This document shows, piece by piece, positions 1 through 11,385 of a DNA stretch of 37,315 bases; position 1 is the stretch's first letter, and the number at the start of each line of letters is the position of its first letter. The notes below the pieces were generated by a model. That model was not told the DNA's origin. It saw only the letters and a list, made by a program, of their open reading frames with translations, and made no database searches. Made by a program: the position numbers and the translations under genes. The stretch comes from Chiloscyllium plagiosum (taxonomy: Eukaryota), in assembly GCF_004010195.1 (NCBI RefSeq), contig NC_057719.1:80659442-80696756 (forward strand), in the 5' to 3' direction.

Positions 1-287
1 GAGGGCATAGGTTTAGGGTGAGAGGGGAAAGATATAAAAGAGATCTAAGGGGCAACTTTATCATGCAGAGGGTGGTGCGTGTATGGTATGAGCTGCCAGA
101 GGAAGTGGTGGAGGCTGGTATAATTGCAACATTTAAGAGGCATTTGGATGGGTATATGAGTAGGAAGGGTTTGGAGGGATATGGGCTGGGTGCTGGCAGG
201 TAGAAGTAGATTGGGTTGGGATATCTGGTCGGCATGGACGGGTAGGACCGAAGGGTCTGTTTCCATGCTGTACATCTCTATGACTCT
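1..287 (+). mobile_element. CR1-clade LINE (HER1-like) 3' end
   Basis: ORF 18..203 ends with the CR1 ORF2 C-terminal motif (RGNF..QRVVRVWxELPEEVVEA..I..FKRHLD), followed by a 3'UTR ending CTCTATGACTCT. Confidence 0.9.
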
Positions 288-333
288 GGCGCTGTGAGGC
301 AGCAGTGCTAACCACTATGCCACCGTGCTGCCC
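288..333 (-). mobile_element. HE1-like SINE 5' (tRNA head) fragment
   Basis: Reverse complement GGGCAGCACGGTGGCATAGTGGTTAGCACTGCTGCCTCACAGCGCC matches the head of the full SINE copies in this window. Confidence 0.8.
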
Positions 334-469
334 ACTTCCTCAAGACCTAAACCCAGCCATTTACTTTGGGGTGTTAAATTCGCCAGCGATGAAACATGCA
401 TCAGATAGAAGGAAAAACAAACATACAAGACATTCAAACATAGGCAGAGAAAGACAGTGCATAGAGATA

Positions 470-1053
470 TTTGATTTGATTTATTGTTGATCCATGTACC
501 TAAGTACAGTGGAAAGTTTTGTTGTGTGTGTAGTACAGATAGATCATACCATTCAAGATATACAGATCATAGGGTGATTAAACAGAGTGAGGAATTCAAA
601 GTTACTGCTGAACAGGAGGTGCACAAAGCAAGATCAATATTAGATTTGAAATTTTTGAGGTCCATTCAGCACTCTAATAACACTGGGGAAGAAACTGTTC
701 ATGAATCTGTTCTTGTTATATGCGTTTAAACTTTTGTATCTTCTGTTCGACAGAAGAAGTTGGAAGAGATTATAACCGGGATGTTGATGATGTTGACTGC
801 TCTTCTGCAGCAATGAATAGATGGAGTCAATGGATGAGAGGTTAGCTTATGTGATGGTCTGGGCTGTATTCACAACTTTTTGTAGTTTCTTACTGTCCTG
901 GGTACAGCAGAAGCCATGAGGCACCCAGATAGGATGGTTTCTGTGGTACATCTGTTAAAGTTGGTGAGGGTCCTTATGAACACGCCAAATTTCCTTAGCC
1001 TCTTGAAAAAGAGGAGGCGCTATTGTGTTGGCAAGCCTTCTTGACCATCACAT
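470..1053 (-). mobile_element. Rex1/Babar-like LINE 3' end, degraded
   Basis: Tail motif TTTATTG..CATGTAC..TACAGTG.AAAG and GGGGAAGAAACTGTTC..GAATCTG; similar copy at 33635-33890. Confidence 0.6.
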
Positions 1054-1399
1054 CTATTTGAGTGGTTCAGAACAGAGGAATAGGCACATAACACAGGCAA
1101 AAAGAGACAATGTGACACAGAAAGCATAAGGTAAGTGAATGATGAACATAAAGGGTGAGAAAGAGCAAGGGACAGAGGCAAATACATATGCAGATAAAGC
1201 TGAGATGGCTGTAAGCAGATGGAGATTGAGACAAAGGCAAATATTTGAAAGTGCTGTGATATACTCAGGACACTTCAACATTAAGAACCTTGTGTCATGA
1301 CAATGAGAAGAGCTGGGTGAAATTGAAATTGAAAAATTTCAAGCATTTGAAGTCAACAGGGGAGAGCAGAACTGCTGACAAGATACAAAATGGAATGTC

Positions 1400-2022
1400 A
1401 TCCAATCATTCATTGTTAGACCAGGAGCAGTGGCTGTTCCCATGTGGTCTCAGAGACAGTGGAGAGTGTCAAAGTAAAAATAAAGTCTCTTTCAGGATGA
1501 GATGTGAAAGCTGCAAACAAGCTGGGAAATCCAGGCTGCAGTTCAACTGTGTGACAGGAAACAGAGAGTAATGGCTCGTGGCTGTTTTTTGGGGTGGAAG
1601 GTGGATTGTCCAGCAGATCCCTAGAGTTTGCTCTCAGGTATCTCACCTTTTCTGATATACATCTATTATGATATGCAGGGGTCAATTTCAAAGTTTGCCA
1701 ATGACACTAAAGATGGAGATTTATAAACTTTGATGGGGACAATGTGGAGCTCCAAAGGACAGTGTTAGTGGAGTGGGCAGATAGGTGACAAATGAAGTTC
1801 AGTGTGGAGAGGTGTGATGTGTTGCATTTTGCAATAAAGAACATGGAAAGACAGCACAGTTTATATAAGGGTACTATTCCAAAGGGCGCTGGAGCAGACA
1901 GAATTGGATGTACATGTACATGTATCATTAATTGTCACTAAATGGACAAAGAGAGCTGTTAATAAAGCATATGGCATATTAGGGTTCATTAATAGGGACA
2001 TAGAGGACTGGAGCAGGGAGTT
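1400..2022 (+). mobile_element. Old CR1-like LINE RT remnant
   Basis: Degenerate ISKFA-DDTK motif (AAAGTTTGCCAATGACACTAAA) and WQMKFSVERCDVLHF motif. Confidence 0.65.
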
Positions 2023-2365
2023 GAAGCTGCTGTCAAGGTTTCCTAGCTGCTACTGAGTTTTCACTTGCTATTTTTTCTCTCTGCTGCTGGTTGCATCTGA
2101 GAAAATTGACTTTCTAAATTTGCCTTTTTGCGGAAGTGTTTGTTTAGGGAATGTTACTACATTGGAATATTTGATCAGTAACCATTACTGTACCCATTAT
2201 TCCATTACTTTTTCCAATCGAGGTATGTTATTCTAAATTTCTGATGTATTTTAACTATGGTGTTTAAATAAATTGTTTTGATTAATATCGCGTCGTGTGA
2301 CCAGTTGCAGTGCATCTGGAGCATTTATCTTTTAAAATAAGAAAAAGTTAGGGTTAAGGCCTAAT
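2023..2365 (+). mobile_element. Partial LTR-like repeat (same family as 7295-7924 and 13427-13960)
   Basis: Shared block G.ATGTTACTACATTGGAA ... GCATCTGGA ... TTAAAATAAGAA. Confidence 0.55.
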
Positions 2366-2401
2366 AAAGAGTTATGGAAAGATGCAGGAAAATGGATCTG
2401 A

Positions 2402-3126
2402 GTGATTAATTGTAAGGTCCTGGGGAGTGTTGCTGAACAAAGAGACTTTGGAGTGCAGGTTCATAGCTCCTTGAAAGCGGAGTCACAAGTAGATAGGATA
2501 ATGAAGGTGTTTGGTATGCTTTCCTTTACTGGTCAGAGCATCAAGTATAGGAATTGGGAGGTCATGATGTGGCTTTACAGGATATTGATGAGGCCACTTT
2601 TGGAATATTGTGTGTAATTCTGGTCTCCCTCCTATAGGAAGCATATTGTGAAACATAAAAGGGTACAGAAAAGATTTACAAGGATTGGAGGGTTTGAGTT
2701 ATAGGGAGAGGCTGAACAGGCTGGGGCTGTTTTCTCTGGAGCATCAGTGGCTGAGAGGTGACCTTATAGAGGTTTATAAAATCATGAGGGGCATGGATAG
2801 GGTAAATAGACAAGGTCTTTTCCCTGGGGTGGGGAAGTCCAGAACTAGAGGGCATAGGTTTAGGGAGAGAGGGGAAAGATTTAAAAGGGACCTAAGAGGT
2901 CATGTTTTCATGAAGAGGGTGGAATGAGCTGCCAGAGGAAGTGGTGGAGGCTGGTACAATTACGACATTTAAAAGAACATCTGGATAGGTATATGGATAG
3001 GAAGGGTTTACAGGGATATGGGCCAAATGCTGGCAAATGGGACAAGATTAGGTAAGGATATCTGGTTGGCATGGACGAGTTGGACCAAAGAGCCTGTTTC
3101 TGTGGTGTACATCTCAATTACTCTAT
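2402..3126 (+). mobile_element. CR1/HER1-like LINE, 5'-truncated
   Basis: ORFs with RPLLEYCV and LSYRERLNRLGLFSLE..LRGDLIEVYKIM; CR1 3'UTR. Confidence 0.92.
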
Positions 3127-3129
3127 CAC

Positions 3130-3670
3130 TTGTTTGACCTTAGCTGTAGTCATGTGTACAGTTCTGGGAACATGCCATATGCAAACGATGCAAATGCATT
3201 GAAGAGAGAGTGCAGAAGCAATTTATGAAAAGGTTTCTAGAGACAAGGCACTTCAGTTATGAGGATAGACTGAAAAATTTGGAATTGCTTTCCTCGGAGA
3301 AAACAGAAGATTTGACAGAAGTTTTCAAATTCATTTGGTATCTTGGCAGAATGCATAGCGAGGAAGTCTTGTTACTCAAACAGATCTAGAACCAGAGGAC
3401 ACAAATTTAAAGCATTCTACAAAAGAAGCAAATGCGAGGTGAGAGGAAAACAAAAGATTCATAAAATGAATAGATAAGATGTGAGGAATGCATTACTAGG
3501 CGTGCAGTGGAGGCAGGTTCAATTGAGGCATTCAAGGGGGCATTAGATGGTTACTGAAATACAGAAACTATGTGCAGGAGTATGGAGAAACAGCACGGAG
3601 TTAAAATACTCAGAGAGACAATGCAGACATGATGGGCTGAGCCGATACAATCTAACTGTTCTGTGATTCT
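3130..3670 (+). mobile_element. Old CR1-like LINE 3' remnant
   Basis: Degenerate FSYEDRL..L.LLS and EVFK motifs plus a 3'UTR-like tail. Confidence 0.55.
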
Positions 3671-4274
3671 GAGAGTGAATAGTATTAAACACCTTTAATG
3701 GGGAACTGTGGTGTGATCAGGACAGTTAGTCTCTTCCTTCAGTCTGTGGAAGATGTGTTTAGGGTGCTGGCTTTTTGCATGTAGAGTATAAGTAAGTTAT
3801 TTTGGAAAGTAGCTTTATTGCCAACTATTTACCTGCTTTTTTGTTTTAATTTAAATACTGTAGTATTACTGCTTTCCTTATGTGCAACTTGAATGAGAAG
3901 ATGCTTTTATTGAGGATATTGATGAATTCTTCCAATTCATTTTCTGTGCGATCTCAGATACCTCATAAATCAAAACAAACACAGGAGGTATTGTAACTGC
4001 GTGATTGTACCACCTTATGCATAGGTTAGTGAGAATGAAAAAGTAGTGCCTAAAAACCAAAAAGTAGTCCTCTAGCCAAAAACAAAATGACTCCTGTTGA
4101 GTATGGATGGCCAAGACCTTAGGACTGGGGAAGGGGAAGACAGAGGTCAATCAAAAGGGACCCATGGCAGGCAGCATTAGCACAGGATGGGATTAACAGG
4201 AATGTAGTCAATAAGGATGGAGCAGAGGAAGTAGATCATGTTGCGGAGAATTCTGAAGGAGTGGAAACTGGAGG

Positions 4275-4960
4275 ATAGATTATGTTATGGGATTTAGATT
4301 TTATTGCCACATATACTCAAGTACTGAAGACAATAACAAGTGGATAATGCCACATATGACGCCATCTTAGGTACAAAGGTACCTAGGTTCAAAAAGCCTA
4401 GGTACAAAGAAATGAGAGAAACTGAGTTAAAAAGGTTAGCACTACCTTCATAGAATAAGTAGAAAATAAAGAAATAAGATGATCGTTAATATTAAAATCC
4501 TTCTTAATTTAAACTGGAAAAATGAAGGGATTTAGTTAAATGTTCAGCAGGCTTCAGTTAGTCCTCTGCTTAGCTCGCTCCCTGGGAGACCTCAGCTGCC
4601 TGTTCCCAATGCCAGCATTGCAGATCATAGTGGAGCTCCCTCACTGCTCACTCCTCCCGCAATGGGCCGCCAGCCCAACGCTGCTGCTGTTGCTGAAGCT
4701 GCTGCCTCCCCAGTCTCCTCCTGGAGCCTTCAGAACATGTCCGGGCAGGATCCAATTGCACGCTGAGGCACCGCCACTTCGACCCAAGAGACCAGGCAAA
4801 GACACAGCCATGGGCACCTTGCCCGGTCCACACTGAGGCCAGGAAGAAACACCATGAGGGAAAGCAAAGAAAAAAAGAGGGGATAAAAAAGAAAGAAACA
4901 AGAAAGAAACGTACAGAGTGTACGAACTCTGGCTGAAGTGTCCTACTCCGCCGCCATCTT
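4275..4960 (-). mobile_element. Non-autonomous element with Rex1-type tail and AAGATGGCGGCG head
   Basis: Minus strand starts AAGATGGCGGCGGAGTAGG and ends in the same tail type as 470-1053; degenerate flanking direct repeat GGAAACTGGAGG (4263-4274) / GGAAAGTGGCGG (4961-4972). Confidence 0.5.
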
Positions 4961-5011
4961 GGAAAGTGGCGGGAAGTGTACAATAGAAGACTGGCCCAGA
5001 AAAGCAAGTCT

Positions 5012-5290
5012 TCAGGGCCCCAATGCTTCAGATTCAATGAACATTATATAGGATTTCTGCACACAGCTAGATCCCACAAATAGCTTTGTGGTAATGATCA
5101 ATCCACTGTTTTTTTGGGTGTTGTTTTCTTGAGGGCCAACTCCAGTTACAAAGAATACTGTGGGATCTTCCCTATCCACCTCAGATGGTAGATGGAGTCT
5201 TGATTTGAACCTCTGACAATGCAGCACCCCCCTCAGCACTGTGCTGGAACTACAGTTCAGGTTTCTGGCAGAGGACTTAAACCCATTGGG
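5012..5290 (-). mobile_element. DeuSINE (SacSINE1-like), degraded
   Basis: Minus strand has CAGTGCTGAGGGGGGTGCTGCATTGTCAGAGG ... GGTGGATAGGGAAGATCCCA ... TTTGTGGGATCTAGCTGTG, resembling the Deu-domain. Confidence 0.6.
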
Positions 5291-5919
5291 TAGCGCATGA
5301 AGTAACAGTCAGGGAAAGGACCACAATGCCTGTCAACATTTTTACCTCTCAGCAAAAATGCAGGGAGGTCTGTATTGCATAAAGCAATTATATTAGCTAT
5401 TCATTGCATGACATTAGAGTTTGTTCAATGATTATTTTATAGATATACACTCACAGTTCTTCTTTATAATTATCTACCTGGTCTGTGATCCACGACTGTA
5501 AATATCGAATGTTTTCACCAATGTTCATTCATTAAATACATGGAAGATTAATGTCAGTAAGAACAGAGTATCAATGCCCATACCTGGATGTACTCAGCTA
5601 TTCCTGTCTTTTGACTAGATTTAAAATGCATTATTATAATCAGTGGTTCCATCTGAACCAGACTAATGGAGACTGCAGTCATTTCTCGATAGATGGAACT
5701 CATTTACGTTTGACTAGTTACTAGATAATAGCTTCACAAGGCCTGTTGCTCTTGTTCACTTTGAAATTGCATGCACCTATTTTGAGAAGGCCACTTTGAG
5801 GAAGTGAAAACAATCACAGAGATTGCTGATCAAGCAGATATTGGGCGAGTGATAGCAAAAGATTTTGTTTTCAATCTTAAAACGTGCAGTTAATCTTGCC
5901 CCTGAATAGCTGTCTAACA

Positions 5920-6595
5920 TTTTTTTTATTCTTCTACAGGATGTCGGCATCATTGGCCAGACTACAAAGAGGAACCTCGATTATCTGAACGACACGGGCG
6001 GGGGAGTATTTTGTTCGGACAATCGAATGCCGGGTAATACAGTTTAGCCAAGCATCGGGACCTGTTGACCTTGGTGGATAATCCGAAATTTGGATAATCG
6101 AATACCGGATCATCGTGGTTCCCCTGTAGCATTTCTTGCCCACTCTTGAGAAGGTGGAGGAGAACTGTCTCTTGAACTGTTACCATCCAGGCTGCCAGGG
6201 AGAGACGTCCAGGATTCTGACCCAGTGACAGCGAAGGAAAGGCAATATAACTCTGAGCAAGGATGGTGTACGGCTTGCTGGGGAACTTGCTGATACATTT
6301 GCTGCCTTTATCCTTCTGGGTTGCAGGTTTGGAAGGTGCTATTGAAGAATAGCTGAGCTCCTGCAGTGGTGACCACCCGCTGCTATTGTGCGTCAGGGAG
6401 CAAATGTGCCCGGTGATGAATGGGATGTCATTTAAGAGGGCTACTTTGCCCTGGATGGTGTCCAGGCACTGCAGCATTGTCGGAGCTGTGCTCCTCTGGG
6501 CCAGTGGAGGACATCCATCACAATCCTAACTTGTGCCTTATAAATAGTGGACAGGCTCTGGGAAGACAAGACAGCGAGTTACCCACCGCAGAATT
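5920..6595 (-). mobile_element. LINE 3' portion (CR1/L2-like), interrupted by a MITE
   Basis: ORF 5962..6477 has LQCLDTIQGK...HSLTH-type RT C-terminal residues; related pieces at 16490-16870 and 26745-26880. Confidence 0.6.
5965..6126. mobile_element. Tc1/mariner Tigger-like MITE
   Basis: Imperfect terminal inverted repeats (TIRs) CAAAGAGGAACCTCGATTATC / GATCATCGTGGTTCCCCTG; TA duplication at 5963-5964 and 6127-6128. Confidence 0.75.
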
Positions 6596-7070
6596 ATGAA
6601 TGTACAAGCGTGCAAGTTAATGGCAGGAAAAGTAAACCATTTGACCCCTTGACCCTGTTCTGCCATTTAATGAGATCATGGTAAATCTGATTACGGCGTC
6701 TCCATGCTGAACAAGAATAACCTTTCACCCACTTGTTTAAACAAGAATCTATCTGAATCTGCCGTAAAAAATATTCAAAGGCTCAGTTTCCACTGCCTTT
6801 TGAGGAAGAGTTCCAAACATTCATGAATCTATAAGAGAAAAGAAAGTCACCAAATCTCTTTCAAATGGATGGCTCCTTATTTTCAAACAACAGCCCTTTG
6901 TATTAGATTCTCCCATGAGAGGAAACATTCCTTCCACATTCGCACTGTCAAGTCCTCTCGGGGTCTTATATTTTCGCCATGTTGCTGCTAAATTGACTAA
7001 ACTCCAAAGGATACGAGTCTAGCCTGTCCAACTATCGCTTACAAGGCAACCCAATCATTTCAGTTATTAG

Positions 7071-7274
7071 AGTCGAAGAGTGTGGTGCTGGAAACGCACA
7101 GCCGGTCAGGCAGCATCTGAGGAGCAGGAGAATCGACGTTTCGAGCATAAGCTTTTCCTGATAAAGAGCTTATTTTTGAAACGTCGATTCTCCTGCTCCT
7201 CGGATGCTGCCTGACCGGCTGTGCGTTTCCAGCACCACACTCTTCGACTCTGATCTGCAGTCCTCACTTTATCC
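7071..7274. mobile_element. Palindromic Penelope-terminus-derived element with degenerate hammerhead motif
   Basis: 74-bp inverted arms 7069-7142 / 7178-7251 with 1 mismatch; flanked by CATTTCAGTTATTAG (7056-7070) and CATTTCACTTATTAG (7275-7289); arms homologous to the PLE end at 17383-17512. Confidence 0.8.
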
Positions 7275-7294
7275 CATTTCACTTATTAGTCTAG

Positions 7295-7924
7295 TGTGAC
7301 GATGCCGTAACTTTAAGAGGTTATTTTGTTCTGGTTTCTTTTAAGGGAGAGATTGAACGAGAGGTATGGAGTGGCTACTGAAGACCACTTGAGTAAACAG
7401 CTTGGGAGGCCTTGGGTTTTTATTCAAATGAAGCCTGAGTAGGAGTGGCCAGCCCCCACAGATCAGGATTTCTGGGTAGCATCAGAAGCTATTGGGGTCT
7501 CAACAGAATCAGGAGTTTCAGTGAATGTCTCCTGGCTGCTACTCTCTCTGAAATTTCCCTTGATTGTATTTTTCCCCCACCTGGATTGCAGAACTGCCTG
7601 TGAGATTCCGTGTATGAATTTTCTTTTTTTTTTGCCAAGGGGTGTGTTTATGGGATGTTACTACATTGGAACAGTTAATTAGTAATAGTTACTGTATCTA
7701 TTATTCTAAGTTTCCAATATATTTAAGTTATTCTAAATTCCTCTTTCTTTGCTTGTATTTTAACCTCAGTGTTCAATAGATTGCGCTTTGCTATCGTTGA
7801 ATAGTTTGACCAGTCACATTGCATCTGGAACAGACACTTTCCATTTGTCTTTAAAATAAGAATAAGGTAGGATCTAGGCTACCTTCTTAAAATATTTTGA
7901 GGGGGTCTGATCTGGTCCATAACA
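7295..7924 (+). mobile_element. Solo LTR (Gypsy/ERV-like)
   Basis: TGTGAC...CCATAACA termini, flanks CTAG/TTAG, homology to 2023-2365 and 13427-13960. Confidence 0.65.
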
Positions 7925-8231
7925 TTAGTGTTTGTCTTGTCTAAACTGGCTTGCAATGCAATTATATCTTTCCTTAAAAGATAACCAATACTGTACACAG
8001 CACTAAAGATGTGTTCTCAACCTTCCCCTGTCAAACTGAAGCATAGTATTTCTACTTTGGCATTCAGTTCTCCTTATTATACACAGTAACATTCTATTAG
8101 CTTCCTTGATTACTTGCTGAATCTGCATACTAGCTTTTTGTGATTCATGCATGAGATCCCTTTCCTATCTAATATGTCACAAAGCTCATCCCTTTTGTTT
8201 CTAAAAGCTGTTCCTTGGCTCAAGGAGACTC

Positions 8232-8940
8232 TGTAATTGAGTTTTTTCAGAGGGGTAATAAACCAGGCTGGGGTCCAATCAGTCTGGTTTGGTACAGAGA
8301 TGAAAAGGATTTTGAGAGGCCTTTTGTTTATGTGCAAACAGTTGAGACTTCAGGCCAAAGTGGTCATGTTTTAGAAGTGACCTGTAGAATGAAAGGGGAG
8401 TGGTCAGCTCTCTAACTGAGCAGTTTAGTTCAGTTCTGAACTGGTGAGGAGTTCAACAGTGAGCTATGTGGAAACTTTCTCTCTCTCTTTCTGCCCTTCA
8501 ATTTAACCTGTAAGCATGTGTTGCATTTATACTGGTTTTTAAAGGGAGTTTGCTTAATGGGACTGTTGTGTATATTCAGAACAGCATAATTACGTCTAGT
8601 TTGGATAGACTGAGTTCTGTAGGGGTCCTTTACTCTGTTCTTTGTGTTTCATTGTATAATAATGTGAATAAATTTTAGTCTGTTTTAAAATCTAGTAATC
8701 AACTGAGCTAACGTGCATAATTACGTCTAGTTTGGATAGACTGAGTCCTTTACTCTGTTCTTTGTGTTTCATTGTATAATAATGTGAATAAATTTTAGTC
8801 TGTTTTAAAATCTAGTAATCAACTGAGCTAACGTACTCTTGAGTAATTTTCACTGTACACTTACTGAAACAAATTGCAAAGTTATGGTCTGGGGCTGCCT
8901 GCTTAAGAATGTTTTGAATGGTCTGGCCTAGTCCATAACA
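8232..8940 (+). mobile_element. Solo LTR-like element with internal tandem duplication
   Basis: TGTAAT...GTCCATAACA termini, same 3' end as the 7295-7924 LTR, internal AATAAA. Confidence 0.6.
8584..8834. repeat. Tandem duplication 131 bp + 120 bp
   Basis: 8584-8714 repeated at 8715-8834, identical except for an 11-bp deletion (TCTGTAGGGGT). Confidence 0.95.
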
Positions 8941-8944
8941 AATA

Positions 8945-9270
8945 GCATTGGCAATGAATAGAGAACTGGCTGAATGGCAGATGACAGAGAACGGGGATTA
9001 AGGGGTCTTTCTGAGGATGGCAATGGGTGACTACCAGAGGCCCACGTGTGTCTGTGCTGGGATTGCAACGAGTCACTTAGACATTAAAGGTCTGGAAGAA
9101 GGAACTGAGGGCACTGTTTCTAAGTTTGGAGATGACACTAAAATAGGTGGAGGGATAGATAGGTGGAGGAAGCAGGAAGGCTGCAGAAGACCCTGAACAG
9201 GCTAGGAGAGTGGTCAAAGAAGTGGCAGATGGAATACAGTGTGGGAGAGAGAGAGGGGGGTTATGCACTT
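8945..9270 (+). mobile_element. CR1-like RT fragment
   Basis: SKFGDDTKIGG and KKWQMEYSV motifs. Confidence 0.65.
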
Positions 9271-9849
9271 CAGAGCTATGGTCTTATGAACCTTCCTCGA
9301 AGCTAGGGAATTTTGCAGAAGTACAGCCAGCCTGTCAACTCTCGCAATTGGCCCCTTCCTTTTCCTCTGGGTCCTGAAACCTTCAATATCCTAGTCCATG
9401 TCATCCTGCAGCCGTGTCTCTGTGATGGCTACTACATCATACTTGTTCATTTCTATTTGCCCTATTAGTTCATCAGTTTTGGTTTGAATGCTGCATGACT
9501 TCAAATGCTGAGCCTATAGTTTTAATCATTTTATTATTTTCATAACCTTTAATATTATCTATTGATTTACTCTTAGATTTATATTATCTATCTCTTCCTG
9601 TGATGGTTTATTTATTGTATCCTGTTTCAATAACCTTTGATCGCTTTCTCTCAATGCTTTGATTTATCACAGCTCTCCATATTTGATTCTTTGACCCAGC
9701 TACCTCCCTAATTAAATATCTCACTTGGACACCAGCTCCAGTTCTAATGGTACAGATCTGATTTTGCCCAATGCTGGTGCTAAAGCCTCACAAACTGGAA
9801 CTCACTTCTCCTCCACTAGCTTTGGAGACATGCATTCATGTCTGTTTCA

Positions 9850-10408
9850 AACAAAACCAGAAATCGCTGGAAAAACTCAGCAGGTCTGCCAGCATCTGTG
9901 GAGAGAAAGTAGAGTTACTGTTAGGTGCGACATGGTAGCTCAGTGGTTAGCACAACTGCCTCACTGCGCCAGGGACCCGGGTTTGATTCCAGCCTTGGCG
10001 ACTGTCTGTGTGGAGTTTGCACATTCACCCCGTGTCTGTGCAGGTTTACTCTGGGTGCTCTGGTTTCCTCCCACAATCCAAAGATGTACAGGTTAGGTGA
10101 ATTGGCCCAGAGTGTTCAGGGATGTGTAGGTTGGGTGCATTAGTCAGGGATAAAATGTAGGGGAATGGGTCAGGGTGGGATATGCTTTGGAGGGTTGGTG
10201 TGGACTTGTTGGGCCGAAGGGCCTGATTCCACATTGTATGAATTCTGTTTCTGGTCCAGTGACCCTTCTTCAGGATAATTCTAAAGAAGGGTCTCTGGAT
10301 CCAAAACATTAACTATGCTTTCTCTCTCCACAGATGCTGCCAGACCTGCTGAGATTTTTCAAAAATTTCTCTTTTTGTTTCCAATTTCCAGCATCCGCAG
10401 TTCTTTCG
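9850..10408. mobile_element. Palindromic Penelope-terminus-derived element split by a SINE
   Basis: CTCAGCAGGTCTGCCAGCATCTGTGGAGAGA (left) is the near reverse complement of TCTCTCCACAGATGCTGCCAGACCTGCTGAG (right); centre GACCCTTCTTCAG...CTAAAGAAGGGTC. Confidence 0.7.
9924..10245 (+). mobile_element. HE1-like V-SINE
   Basis: tRNA head (A/B boxes), central TGTGGAGTTTGCACATTC block, CR1-like tail. Confidence 0.9.
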
Positions 10409-10596
10409 ATTGTTCACTTCTGTCATCTTATTTGCCCTTGAACCAATTTACAAATGGCTTATGCAATCATCCAGAAACGATGGTCTTCGAAGTTCCCTTC
10501 TTAATTTTTCCCAGCTCCTCACACAGACTTTGCAGAACCGCGTCCTTTTTCCTGGCTGCATCATCGGTGTCTGCTTGGACTCCTGATGACTAGATC

Positions 10597-11090
10597 TGTT
10601 GGAATGTTGCGTGCAATTCTGGTCTCCTTCCTATCAGAATGATGTTGTGAATCTTTGAAAGGGTTCAGAAAAGATTTACAGGGATGTTGCCAGGTTTGGA
10701 GGATTTGAGCTACAGGGTGGAGGCTGAATAGGCTGGGGCTGTTTTCCCTGGAGCGTCAGAGGTTGAGGGGTGACCTTATAGAGGTTTATAAAAGCATGAG
10801 GGGCATAGATAGGGTAAATAGACAAAGTATTATCCCTGGGGGGGTGGGGTAAGTCTAGAACTAGAGGGTGAAAGGGGAAAGATATAAGAGAGACCTAAGG
10901 GGCAACCTTTTCACTCAGAGTGTCTAAGGTGTATGGTGGTGACTAGTATAATTGTAACATTTAAAATGCATCTGGATGGGTATATGAATTGGAAAGATTT
11001 GGAGGGATATGGGCCGTGTGCTGGCTGGTGGGACTAGATTGGGTTGGGATATCTGGTCGGCGTGGACGGGTTGTACATCCCTATGACTCT
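10597..11090 (+). mobile_element. CR1/HER1-like LINE 3' end
   Basis: Homologous to 2600-3126; ends CTATGACTCT. Confidence 0.88.
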
Positions 11091-11385
11091 ATCTTCCCCC
11101 TCCTGCTGTAACTCCTCTCCAGCTGTGGACAGATGTTCTGAAATGGCTCCAGGCAGTCAACACATCTGTCCTGGTCTTTGCTACGGAAAATATTATCAAT
11201 CACCCACACTCTCGTTACCTACCGCCTCTACGCTGCTTTTCACTCCCCCCGCTTGAATGCTACCCTGCTCCATGACCACAAGGGCCAGTTTTACGGCCTC
11301 AACTATTTACTGTCAAAAGTAAAGAATTTGAGGAAGGGGCAGAGTATAAAGTATGCAAATCTAGTGGGAGGGTATGCTGTGATGA

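Larger units (their letters stand above)
6620..8110 (-). mobile_element. Old CR1-like LINE fragments (host of the 7071 and 7295 insertions)
   Basis: Degenerate CR1 3'UTR/ORF2 end at 6620-7060, continuing at 7925-8110. Confidence 0.5.

Noticed and set aside
4540..5037. GC-rich ORFs including a polyQ stretch as a host exon or promoter
   Set aside because: Overlapping ORFs on both strands with no recognisable protein; lies within a repeat-like unit with a LINE-type tail
5920..5960. Strong plus-strand splice acceptor TTTTTTTATTCTTCTACAG
   Set aside because: It is the reverse-complemented A-rich tail of a LINE
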